From: Callorhinchus milii
Taxonomy: Eukaryota
Direction: 5' to 3'
DNA length: 64,000 nucleotides
NCBI RefSeq assembly: GCF_018977255.1
Contig: NW_024704743.1
Coordinates: forward strand, 57,290,001 to 57,354,000
The notes under the pieces are model-generated. The model was not told the DNA's origin. It ran no database searches and saw only the letters and a list, made by a program, of their open reading frames with translations. Shown piece by piece: positions 1 to 11,661 of this stretch (position 1 is the stretch's first letter; each line of letters begins with the position of its first letter). Position numbers and translations under genes: made by a program.

Positions 1-95
1 AGGAAACTTGCCCAAGTTTTCGCCCTCTGCCTGGAATTGAACTTAGGTCTCTCGCTTGCAAAGCGAGTGCTCTAACCACTGAGCTACAGGACTCC
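1..95 (-). mobile_element. Young tRNA-Ala-derived SINE, 5' head (cut by the window edge)
   Basis: Reverse complement reads GGAGTCCTGTAGCTCAGTGGTTAGAGCACTCGCTTTGCAAGCGAG, with A/B boxes and a TGC anticodon arm. Confidence 0.9.
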
Positions 96-779
96 GTATA
101 TTATCATATTATTGAAAATTGTGGCCATAGTAGTCCAAAGACTGTCTGTGGTTCTGAGCTCTGCTTGATGTCGACACAGTTGTTTCCCTGAAGCAGATTT
201 GAAGCCATTGAGCACCAGTGTTTTTGTTGCCTGGATTTTAGTGCCACTTCACAGGATACTAACTTAGTTATAGGGGACATAGTGTTTTGTTCTCTGGTCT
301 TTTTATTCCACACAAAGCGTTTTTTGCAAATATAACATATCACTGCGAATCACAATGAGCTGCTCCTGTCCCTTTGTGAATATCACAAATTAGACCTGAT
401 ATTCGCTGTAGTTTGTGCCAGAATTAAAGCAACTCGATGAGACAAAAGGTCTCTGGTGTGCTTAGCATTGACTATCATCCTAAATTGCAAAAAGTGAAAA
501 ATCTTACCTGGATCTACAGTTCCGAGAGTGTATGTACCTTACAACCAGTAAATAGCATTAGTCGTTATGTGGAATCAATTGCTACTGGATCACAAAAACT
601 GGTTCCAAGTGTGGAGGCCAATTGTTCCACAACAGAGTCTGAGTTTTCAATTTGAAACACTTCATCTATTTGTAGACATATTGCATTACATTGAAAATGT
701 GCAAAGAAAAGCTTAGATGTATTAGATTAGATGTAGCTTATAGAATTGATTTATTCCTTATAGAGTACCAAATGAATCA

Positions 780-1260
780 GCCAGATGTCTGGCACACACA
801 TTATATCACCTACACCTTGGAAAAATTTGCTGCATCTGGAATGGAATGCGTATGCTCTCCCCCTGGAGGGGCGCACTTTGGTTACCTAATTCTTGAGAGT
901 ATCTGGTGTGGATTGGCAAGAGCCAAGACTTGGGGACCCCAAAATGTATGTTGGGGGTATTGCTAGATTTATAGAATCACATAGCTCATCAATGAGAGCA
1001 CTGTCTTGGACTACGCTATCTATTAGAACTTTGGCTTTCAAGGTTAACAGAAACCAAAGGACCCTTGCCCCAATGACTAGTCTATCCCTCCAAGTCCTCC
1101 TGGTTGGTATGTCATCAGAATTGCCTGTAGCACTGCAGACCTGCCTGTCTCAGGAACTGGATTACCGAGACCGCCACAGAGGGTTGACTCAATCTTGACA
1201 TTATGTTGCTAAACATGTCACCTTGGAGGCAGTTCAGCTCCAAGCTGACCCCACAGACTC
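780..1260 (+). repeat. Old unclassified interspersed repeat (other copies about 20200-20480 -, 38300-39030 +, 40350-40790 -, 47560-47890 +)
   Basis: Shared blocks between copies such as cacctacac(a)tggaaa...tggaatg...actctc...ttacctaattc...agagtat and ctcaggaac...taccgagaccg.cacagagg. Boundaries are approximate. Confidence 0.65.
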
Positions 1261-1326
1261 CATTTTCCCCCTTTCCCCCAAGGAGACTAGTTACTAGTTG
1301 ACATTGTTAAAAGAGAAGGAAACAAT

Positions 1327-1675
1327 CTAGCGGTTAGAGCACTCGCCTTGCAGGCAAGAGATCTGGGTTCCATTCTCAGCACGGCGAAATGTTGGCATGC
1401 TTCCTTATTCCACATGCCTCTGTTTACCTAGGAGTAAGTAGGAACCCAGTTGTTAGTCGATGGGCGGATCACTTTTTCAACAGTAATAATTCCTTCAAAA
1501 ATATAATAATAATAAAAATTGGTCACTCAATCTACAACTATTTGTGAGACGCTGCTGTGCACAATGGCTGCCGTGTTTCGCCCACAATATAGCCAATTTA
1601 CCTTACAGTATATTCTGTGAAGCGCTTTGAGAAGTTTAGAAAACGTGATATCAAATGCAAGGATTATTATTATTA
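1327..1675 (+). mobile_element. tRNA-derived SINE, long (older) form
   Basis: tRNA-like head, extra 65-bp internal segment (1419-1483), shared 3' body and (TTA)n tail. Confidence 0.85.
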
Positions 1676-2755
1676 AACTCAGGTGGGATAGCAGGAGTAA
1701 TGCTACAACTGGATTTAGTGCCACAACACTAAGATGGGGAAATATCAGACAACTTCCCCTTTGGATTCCTATTCATTGGCTCTTAACATACACAGTGTGT
1801 ATGTTAAGAGCCAGTGAATAGTGTGTTGTTGTTGATGCCACAGGTCCAAAATGTATCATGGTTATAGTAATAAGAACATACAATACAATATAAAATTACA
1901 TTTGTAACGTGCCTTTCACGTTGGGAGGACGTCCCTAGGCATTGGACAGTCAGGGATTTGGCCCCAAAAATGCCTTATGATTTAATATAATGCAAAATTT
2001 GGATTTTTTAAATGAATTCCTGGTTTGGAAGCTGAATTTCCAAAGTTCTTTTTAACCTGGTTGACTTTTAAGAATTTTCTGCAGAATGTTATCACTAAGA
2101 TTATGAGAAAGTTGGAGTCTCACTAGTGGGATTAGATGGTTCAAGTGGATAAACACACTAGTGCAGAGGTCTTGGCTATTGAACATAATACAAAACAGGA
2201 GAACATAATAGTAAATATTTTTTTTTGTGTGGTTATCACAGCAATTTTCAATAAATAGTTAGGGTTCAAGTAATAATAATTCTTGCATTTGATATGGTGC
2301 CTTATCACATCATCAAAACATTTCAAAGTACCCCAAAGTATTTACTGTAAAGTGTAGTGACTATATTTGGAGGTAAAGACAACTGCCAATTTTAATTATG
2401 TAACATAGATATATAAATAGATGCTTCATCCAATCTGCTACTAAACCATGCATATCTGCAGGAAGGTCCCAGTTTCAATCTGTCAGTGTTGTTTTCCCTT
2501 CACGCTGTAGCACCTTCCCATCTCTGTGATCTTCTCTTGCCAACTCTTCTGTTTGCACCTCCCCCTTGACAAACTAAATTCTGCTGCATGTTCCCTGTCC
2601 TCTATTCTCCAACATTAGCAGCTAAATCTCACCTAAAAAACTACCTCTATCAGCACGCTGATAGACACCTTCCATTCCATTGTTTGGCATCTGACACCAT
2701 CGCTGTGAAGTCCGGCTCTGAGACATCCTACATGAAGGGTGCTATATAAATGCAA

Positions 2756-3081
2756 TAATAATAATAATAATAATAATCCTTGCATTTGATATAGCGCTTT
2801 TCACGTCGGGAGGACGTCCCAAAGCGCTTCACAGAACACACTGTAAAGTGAATTGACTGTATATTTGTGGGCGAACGCGGCAGCCAATTGCGCACAGCAA
2901 TGTCCCACAAACAGTCGTAGATTGAAAATGACCAATTTAATTATTGTTTTTGGTTTTTTGGAGGGATTATTTTTAGGCGTGTGGAGTAAGGAAACTTGCC
3001 CAAGGTTTCTCCCTGCCTGGAATTGAACTCAGGTCTCTCACTTGCAAAGCGAGTGCTCTAACCACTGAGCTACAGGACTCC
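2756..3081 (-). mobile_element. Young tRNA-Ala SINE, full length, inserted in an L2 tail, TSD aaatgcaa
   Basis: Near-identical to the copies at 16308, 26788 and 44260. aaatgcaa occurs at 2748-2755 and 3082-3089. Confidence 0.92.
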
Positions 3082-3533
3082 AAATGCAAGTTCTTGTGGT
3101 TGAACCATAGGAGTGTAGGATGTACGGAGGCGAATAAGGCAGGAAGAGACCGAATAAATCGGATAGATGGGGCCTGACCCCAACCGGAGCCGCTCCTATG
3201 CTAGCTGCGCTGACATCAGCGCTAAATCCAACAAGCTAGAGTCCCACCCTCCACAGAGGCTGACATCAGTAGTGCTCACCATGTAGAAGAGCGTCCCCGC
3301 AAAAAATGCAACGTGTAAGAATAAAATGTCTGTATTGGGATACAGCAAACAGAATGTAACTGAAGATGTTAGTGCAGTTGTGTTTTGTTGGGATTTTTGT
3401 TGTACCAAATATTACATTTTCAAATAAGTATATATTTTCAAAATAAGGGGATAAATAGGGAGGGACATGACTATGAAGAGATTTTGAATGTAGTTGTTTT
3501 GCTGGGAGCTTATGGAGCTTGGAAGAAGAGCAT

Positions 3534-4035
3534 AACAACAACAACTTGCATTTATATTGCACCCTCCATGCCAGCAGTGTCTCAGAGCATTTGACAATGG
3601 TGGAGCTCGAGTCCGAGCCAGGGGGAGGTTGGAAGCTGACTGGAAGCGCAGTCGAAGAGGAAGGTCTTCAGGCGGAACCTGAAAAGGGGAAGGAGTGCGC
3701 GAGGCAAAGGGGTTGAGGGAGGAAGTTCCAAGAAGGTATGGCTGCCGATGGTGGAGCGGAGGATTCGGGGGACACGGAGATGGCTGGATCCAGTAGAGCG
3801 GAGGCAACGGGTACTGCTGCGTGGTGAGAGGAGGTTAGACAGATAGGGGGGTGTCAAGGAATGGAGGCATTTAAACGCTGAAAGAGAAATGGATGTGTAA
3901 AGCCTATTGTGGGAGAGAACATAAGTTGCAGAGTTTTGAATCAATTCACGTGTATGAAGAGTGGATCTAGGGCTGCCAGCAAGAATTGTTGGCAATGGTT
4001 ATCCTTGAGATGATAAAAGCATGAATGACTTTGCA
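3534..4035 (-). mobile_element. L2 LINE 3' fragment
   Basis: ORF2 C-terminal-like peptide (IQNSA...FKCLHSLTPPYLSNLL...LRS...RLKTFLF) plus gctatataaatgcaag-type end and (TTG)n tail. Confidence 0.88.
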
Positions 4036-5029
4036 GGAAACTGGGCACTTTGAGCAACATCATGCTGTCACTAACATTTTTAAAAATTGTAAGGAAAGTG
4101 GTGGTAATTATCTTATCACTGGTAGGTCTACCAACCTCTCTGGGAAGAGTACAATGCAGCCTGTTCTTGTTTTGTTACTCGGTCTTCACTTTGTGAGCTT
4201 GTCAAGCTCAATAAACATACTGACACTCACCTGCATCATCATCAAAAGAAGACATTATAATAATCCTTAAATTTGATAAAACATTTTTCACATCTGGAGG
4301 ACATCTTAAAGCACTTCACAGGATTCACTATAATGTGGAGTGATTCTGAATTGTGTAGGCAAAGGGGGCAGTCAATTTGCACACAGCAATGTCCCACAAA
4401 TAGCCACGAAGTGAATAACAAATTTTATCTGGGGGATTGATATATATTAAAAAAATGCATTTGTAAGTCCGGTTATCAGTCTTAACTCACAAAATACAGT
4501 CAATCTATTTTACAACAACAACAAAATTACATTTATCTAGCTCCTTTCACGTCGGGAGGACGTCCCAAGTTATCGACTTTACAGTGTATTGTGTATCTGT
4601 CAAATGTTATGAAATTACCGTATATCCTGTGAAATTTTTTTCTTTTGCTACCTCATCTGAACAAAGGTTTCTGCATTAACTGTGTATCAATTAATGCAGT
4701 ATATCTTAAAAGCTCCGAGACACTGTCCTGCGTGAAGGGCGCTATATAAATGCAAGTGCTTTGAGAGGTCTCGACGAGTGATAAGGTGCTATATCACATG
4801 CAAGGATTATTATATTATCCTGATTATTCCTACAAATGAACCACGGCGCTGGGAAAAAAAGATTTCGAGGCGATGCATTTGTGCACTGTTCCCAATCCCC
4901 AAGCTGGGGCACTGAGTACTTCATCTCATCTAAAGACATGGGTAAAGTCATCAGAGAAATTCAGGTTTAAACTTGATATGAAAAAAAAATGATCACAGTA
5001 CCCAAAGCCCACTAGAATTACAAAGCACA

Positions 5030-5514
5030 CAGGAGGCTGGGGGAAAAGCAGTAAGTTTAAAGGGAATAATGGGAGTGGGTGGTGGGGGATTTGCATCACT
5101 GATTAAATAGCCAGGCAACCACTGAAGGGCGCCCCCCTCCTGCTACCTTGATACTGTGCTCAGAGCAGCAGCATCAGCCCTCCACAAAGCTGCACTGTCC
5201 GCCAGCTCAGCTCACAACACAACACAACACAACCCAGCAGCTCACCCACCCACCCACCCACCCACTCACTCACTCACTCACTCAGCCAGAGTCCTGCAGG
5301 AGCCACAGGCACAGCCACAGCACAGCACAGGGGACACTGCGCTGCACACCCAACCAGCTGCCTTCATCCACTGCATTGCTTCCCTGAAGCTAATGCAAGA
5401 CAAGTCAAACTTTTTGTTTTATTTCTCTCTCTCTCCCTGTGTGTGTGTGTGTGTGTGTGTTTCTGTGTGGGGGTGAGATTGCCCTCTGGACTTGAACAAC
5501 ATAACCTGATCTCA
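5030..5514 (+). promoter_or_regulatory. Putative VWDE promoter / 5' UTR region
   Basis: GC-richer, retroposon-free block just upstream of the ATG. It has G-tracts (5062-5088), octamer ATTTGCAT (5089-5096), TATA-like TTAAATA (5103-5109) and GC-rich GGGCGCCCCCC (about 5127-5137). The TSS is not determinable. Confidence 0.45.
5424..5468. repeat. Compound (CT)n-(GT)n microsatellite
   Basis: tctctctctctc followed by about 11 gt units. (CACAA)n, (CCAC)n and (CACT)n tracts also lie at about 5214-5283. Confidence 0.9.
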
Positions 5515-5599
5515 ATGGCAATGGCACAGAGAGCACTCAGGGGATGGTACATGTTGTGGACTGTGATGCTGTGTCTCCACGATGCTCCCTGTCAGTTGG
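5515..5599 (+). CDS. VWDE: VWDE coding exon 1, signal peptide MAMAQRALRGWYMLWTVMLCLHDAPCQL (phase-1 end)
   Basis: ATG at 5515 (second in-frame ATG at 5521), hydrophobic signal-like peptide, donor G|GTAAGT at 5600. The phase-1 end matches exon 2, which starts at the mature-protein N-terminus. Confidence 0.8.
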
Positions 5600-6360
5600 G
5601 TAAGTTTGTGTTGTTTTTTTTGTGTGTGGGGGGGTCCCTGCCGCATATTACAAGCTACAAATGCAGATGATATGAACCTGTAATGCAGTGCTAGGTTTGG
5701 TAATGTTCAGCTGTTTTGTTGCAATTATTGTTCAATTTCTTTTAAGTAAATATTCTTTTAACCAATTGTGTTGCAATGATGGTTAGCTGGACTCTGGGAC
5801 TTGTTTTATTAGGCAAATAATTTCTAATTTGAGGAAGCTGCCTGTGTTTTAAGAGAGTTCAACACATCGTCATGTCAAGTTTTGCATCAAGTGCAAAGAG
5901 TTGTTTGTAGGATGTGTATTTTTTCTGAAACAAATAACCATTTCCTTTCCTTGAACGTGTGAAGGTTTTCTTGAGTTAAACACAAGTCACAGATTGACTG
6001 ACATGCTTGCTGTTCACTAGCAGGTTCTATTTCAGTCGTGTTCTTTCAAATCGATGCACCATGATAACCACCAGTCTCTGAAATTCATTCAAATTGTGCA
6101 CAAAGACTGAGATCATCAATTCACTGCTGTGTCACATGAAAGAATGAATATAAAACATCATATTAGAAGCAACGTTTCAGTATTTGTATGCATGCCACTG
6201 CTCATTCTGTAGTTTTCTCTCCCTCTGTGGGACACTGTGATTGATCTTGGCGACATCTCCCAATTTCCTGATCTGTTTCACTGTAAGCCCTTAATCAATG
6301 AGTGAAAGCCTTTCACTGGGTCCTAGAGCCAGTGTGATCTTCACACACGTTTCCTTCACA

Positions 6361-6564
6361 TAATAATAATAATCCTTGCATTTGATACAGCGCTTTTCAC
6401 GCCTTCTCGACGTCTCAAAGCGCTTCACAGAATAGACTGTAAAGTGAATTGCCCGTACATTTGTGGGCAAAACGTGGCAGCCAATTGCGCACAGCTGTGT
6501 CCCACAAACAGTTGTGGATTGAAAATGACCAATTTATTATTGTTTTGTTTTTTGGAGGGATTAT
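6361..6564 (-). mobile_element. 5'-truncated SINE (3' body and tail)
   Basis: Matches the SINE body ggtcattttcaatccac..ctgtttgtgggacac and the (TTA)n tail. Confidence 0.85.
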
Positions 6565-8223
6565 GGAGGGACATGCAGTACTAACCATCGTATTCTCTAT
6601 GCACAGAACATCTGGATTCATCTGAGGGTGGGAATTGCATTCAAATGGTGGAACTACAGAAAGATGCAGTGTTGAATGCAGCGGATAAAACTGAAGCAAA
6701 GGGAATTTGCTTGCCAGTGTTGTATAGTATAATTTGAGGGTAAATTCAGAAAGAAAACAGCAACCTTACTCCCAACAGTTGTAAAGTTGCCTTGCACACC
6801 ATCAGAGACACTTTAAAGGCAATCTCACACAATTAGTCAGGAGGTGCAGTAGCATTTAATGCTCAAAATTAACAAACAAAACTGCAACTTATATGAGAGG
6901 GCTTCTGCTGATAGTTCAAGATTTATAAGTATTTATTGATAAGTGAGCTAAAAACCCAATTTACGGTAGCAAAGAAAACTGGAACATAAGAGATTCAAAT
7001 GAATTTAAATGTTTGCGGAAAGTATTGCACTTTGGTTCTGTGCACCCAAATTCGCTTTTAATAAACCTGCAGGACATGTTAGGATTTTGGAGCCTCTCCT
7101 TTTATGGTGTGACTGATGAGATAATAGTGTAATTGATGTGCCTGCTGCAGTTTTTTTCTTGAAGTCTTACAAAGCACACAATTTTTATGCCTTTTAAGCA
7201 TTAGCAGCAGTTTTATACAATGTGAGATTTACTACTGGACAGTTGTAGTGCATGTTACATGTCAACAGTTTTCTTCCCAGATGTTACATCTTTGCAAAAA
7301 CCATTGAAGTTGTTAAAAGACTCAACTTCTGGTTCATGAAACTGACAAGCCTCGAGTAGCCAAGGCAAATCTGTGAGTTTTGGGACTGAGAATTTCTAGG
7401 ACTTCTGTGGTCATTTATCATCACCCCATCTGGTTTATGTGTAAGCATTCCAATGCTAAACAGAATTTCCCGGCTTTGACTGAAAACAGCCCAATAAAGT
7501 TAATTTGCTGTGGGAATCCACAATAGATGGTGCAGGCATTATGTCATTAAAAAAATCATATCAGTGCATTGATCACATTACTTTTGCTTCATAGATAGTC
7601 AATATAGTAAACAAAATCTCCCACAAAGAGCATTAAATACAATGTCTTAAGGTGTTGTTTGCAGAGCAAATCTATGTAATGACTTAGGGATACATAACAG
7701 TAGTGTAAATGTAAACTGTAAAAATTCGATTAAAGCCAATTATATTATACTCTGCACCTTTAATACTTTCTAATTTCATGTTACTTCTTGAAATGTCTTT
7801 GCCAGTTGAAAGATATTGCTGAGATCAACATGCTTTGCGCGCTAAGTGTCTCTTGTTTTCTCATGGGTAAAAGGATCACAAGGCAAAACCAGTAGCACAT
7901 CTGGCATACTTCTGGATTTATCCTGACTGTTTTACAGGAAAACATATTTATTTTGTCTCATTTCAGTCCACTTTTTCCTTCCTATGACCAGCTTGTTAAT
8001 TGAGACGTCTCGACCATATGATAAGGTGATTAGTATTATCGTTATAAATCGTGAAAGATTAGAATTCGACAAAACACTTATTGATGAAATATATTAACCT
8101 TAGCAACTCCTCAGAAGAACAGAATGGTTGAAAGCAGTTTTTAAAAAAATATCAATTCAAATCATGGCCCAGGGTAAAACCTGGAAGCTTTTGGGCGATG
8201 GGGAAGAAAAGTCAATATATTCT

Positions 8224-8760
8224 AACAACAATAAGTTGCATTTATATAGTGCACTTTACGCAAATAATGTTATGGAGCACTTAACAGCAGCACGGCTTAA
8301 TGCCCAGCTGGAATGGGGTTGGGTGGGAGGTGGTCCAAAGGCACGATCGAAGAGCAAAGTCTCTTGCTCTTCGATTGGCAAAGAGGGGCAAGACAGACGG
8401 ATTCAGGCAAGGAGCTCCAGAGATTCTGAACGCACGGTCACCAATTGTGGAGCGGAGAGGATGAGGGAAGTACAGCAGACTTTTGTAGTTGAGCAAAAGC
8501 AGTGGGTAAAGGATTGGGGTGTGAGCAGCTTGGAGAGTTAGGGAGGTGCCAGGGCATGAAGAGATTTGAAGGTGAAAGTGAGGATCTTGAAATCAATCCG
8601 ATCTGCGTCAGGGAGCCAGTGGAGCCTGGCAAGAACTGGGATGATGGGGTGCAGAGCCGTGAAGACACGGAAGGCAGAGTTTTGAATAATTGGAACCATG
8701 ATAATGGAGCTGGGGGAACTGGCAAGGAGTGTATTAGACGAATTGAGATGGGAGGTGACA
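8224..8760 (-). mobile_element. L2 LINE 3' fragment
   Basis: Peptide IQNSA...IIPVLARLHWLPDADRIDFKILTFTFKSLHALAPP plus (TTG)n tail. Confidence 0.88.
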
Positions 8761-9050
8761 ATAATTATAATAATAATCATAATCCTTGCATTTGATATAG
8801 CACCTTATCACATCTTTGAGACAACAACAATAAAATGACATTTGTATAGCGCCTTTCACATCGGGAGGACGTACCAAGGCGCTGGACAGTCAGTGTTTTG
8901 GACCAGAGCTGGGGATTGAGATTGGGGAGGGTTGAGGGCAGGTAGGGGGGATGGAGCGTGATTGAAAGCATGGTCAAAGAGATGTCTCAAAGTGCTTCAC
9001 AAAATATACTGTAAAGTGAATTGACTGTTTTGTGGGCGAAACGCGGCAAA
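8761..9050 (-). mobile_element. SINE 3' half interrupted by a short L2 3' end (about 8822-8977)
   Basis: The SINE tail ...cacatctttgaga is interrupted by an L2 tail, then resumes as gagatgtctcaaagtgcttcac. Confidence 0.75.
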
Positions 9051-10271
9051 AGCATTAATCAGAATTTCAGCAGCATTTGAAGTTAGAGTAACAGCAAGAC
9101 GGTCTCCTACTTATTGCATAATTGACCAAAATCCAAAAAGTACAGTAGAAAGTCTTATAAAAGCCAAGAAGTTGTCTGACTCCCATCAGGAAGGAGATAT
9201 GTTCGGTCTCCCACTGGGAAAAAGGTGCCCTTTTATAGACTTGCCAGCTCTTCTACAAGTCCTGTGTCAAAGGTGGCTTCCTGCAGAGGGAGGGGAAAGG
9301 TAATTCAGAGTTTTCAATGAAAAAAAAGGTAACACTTAGATAACATAGGAAACGAGACCATCTATGAGTAACACAGAAATGTCAGAAAGATGGTGGACCA
9401 GAAGGGTACCACGGTATTTGAATGCTAACTTTCAGAACAATCAGTTTACAAATGTAATACTGTAATAATAATCCTTGCATATGGTATAGCAAAGTTCACA
9501 TTGGGAGGATATCTCAAAGCGCTTCATAGCATTCACTGTGAAGTGGAGTGCCCAACTGTGCACAGCAATGTCCCACAAACAGTGATGAAACACATGACTA
9601 TTTTTGTATTTGAGGGCATGTTGGCCTCGACACATATTTTCGAGTAGTGCTATGGGATCTTTAATGCCTCGCTTAACATCTCATCAGAAGAAATTAGGTA
9701 TAAGCTTGCCAAATGATAAACCTATATGTTTCAACCAGAATAAGTTATTTTTAATGAAGAAAGCTATAGCACGTCACATTTGTTGCTGCGTGACATGACC
9801 GACAGAATACCTCTATAGCAATGGGAGTTTTATGATTTAATCGCTTTTCAATTTGAACAGATTAAGATTAGACCTGAGGGTTTGCAACCCTGGTCAGAAT
9901 CATTTGAGTCTTAAGCTTCCTTGTGACTTGTATCTTTATTTCATCCACAATATGATGCAGGAATTAATTTTAATTAATTTTAATGGGGACGGGATTGAGG
10001 AGAAGTTAAATCCTGTTTCCAGAACCAAAGTGTCATCCAAAAAAAGTGAGAATTTGGATATATTTGTTCAGATTTTTAATGTAGCATATGTGCTGTGTGA
10101 AAAATGTTGTCTATATTTCAATTGATGTACATGCTGAATTATGGGCTCATTAAGGTTACGGATGTTGTTGGGAATAGAACACTTTCCTGTTTTGGCACTT
10201 GGTGTTGCCATCGAGCACTTCTATGTCAGGAACAGCACAGTTAGCTTCAGAATAAAGCTCCCTTCACTTTA

Positions 10272-10695
10272 ATAATAAAAGTATTAAAAATCCTTACATT
10301 GATACAGCACCTTTCACGTCAGGAGGATGCCTCAAAGCGCTTCATAGTATAAACTGTAGTATTGTGAACGTATTATGTAGGCAAACAATTTGTACACAGC
10401 GATGTCCCACAAACAGCCATGAAGTGAATGACCAGTTTTATTTAGGGGATTGGTGGCCAGGACACCGGGAAAAACTCCCTTCTCTTTTTGAATAGTGCCA
10501 TGAAATTTTTAATGTCCACCTGAACAGGCAGATGGGCACCTAAGTTTAACAGCTCATCTGATCTGCAGTATTCTGCCAGCATTGCACTGGACTGTTCATC
10601 TTAGGCTACATGAGCTCAAAATCCTGACGTGGACTTGAGCCCACAACTTTCTCACTCAGAGGCGAGAGTTCTATCAACGGAGCCAGGCTGACTCA
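10272..10695 (-). mobile_element. SacSINE1-like (Deu-domain) tRNA SINE, near full length
   Basis: Reverse complement: gtcagcctggctccgttgatagaactctcgcctctgagt...ttcaggtggacatt...atggcactattc...ccggtgtcctggcca...ggctgtttgtgggac. This fits the recalled SacSINE1/DeuSINE consensus. Confidence 0.75.
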
Positions 10696-11323
10696 GTTTG
10701 ACCTGAACTTTAACATCCTATCCGTCACTAATTCATAAATGGTCATGACCTCGATGATGCAAATTTACATAAGGATTTTCCTATTAGAATTTGACAATGC
10801 CATGTTCAGTAAATATACTGATCTTGAGAGGATCACCCCTATGTCCTTTAGTTCCAGGTTCAGAAGAGCACCTTAAATCAAGCACTGTGATATTTCTATT
10901 TTCACACCAGCGCTTTCTGAGTTAAATTATTGGCAGATTAGGAGCAGGCTTGTGCTGCAACTAGGTGGGTAACTAGGTATTCATTTCTTACAGAAACATT
11001 GCAGCCACCAGAGAGCAGATCCTGATCCAAGCAACCTGGATTGAATTTGAACCAGTCTCTCGGAAGATCAATAGACAGAGTGCTAACTTGCTTTGTAATC
11101 CAGTTGCATTCTCCAATAACATGTACAACAGTATTCAGATCACGCATTTTAGAGGGAGCGATGCTTTACTTTCAGTTTATTTTATTATCAAATCAGTTGA
11201 GTATAATAAGTGAGTATAATTGGTTACAAATCAATTGAGTATAATAATATTAGTGATTACATTTGTGGATGAACGCAGCAGCCAATTTGCACACAGCAAA
11301 GACCCATTAACAGCCATGATGTA

Positions 11324-11661
11324 AATAATAATAATAATCCTTGCATTATCGCATCTTCACAATGTCTCAAGGCACTTCACAGAAAATATTGTAAAATTAA
11401 TTGACAGTGTATTTTGTGGGCGAAATGCTGCAGCCAACAGCGCAGTGACCCACAAACAATCGTGACCAAATTTGTTTTGAAGGATTATTGCCCCTAGAAA
11501 GCGATCTGGCAATTGACTAACAACAGGGTTCCTATTTACTACTAGGTAAACAGAGACGTGTGGAGTAAGGAAACTTGCCTAAGCTTTTGTCCCGCACTGG
11601 AATCGAACCCGAGTCCTCTTGTTCTCAGCCGAGCGTGCTGATCACGATGCTATGGGACTCC
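11324..11661 (-). mobile_element. tRNA-derived SINE, long form with a divergent head
   Basis: Head GGAGTCCCATAGCATCGTGATCAGCACGCTCGGCTGAGAACAAGAGGACTCGGGTTCGATTCC, internal 65-bp-type segment and (TTA)n tail. Confidence 0.82.

Noticed and set aside
104..343. Minus-strand ORF with CYIC and KLVSCE, faintly like a DNA-transposon zinc-binding region
   Set aside because: Too short and degenerate to assign without a profile search.
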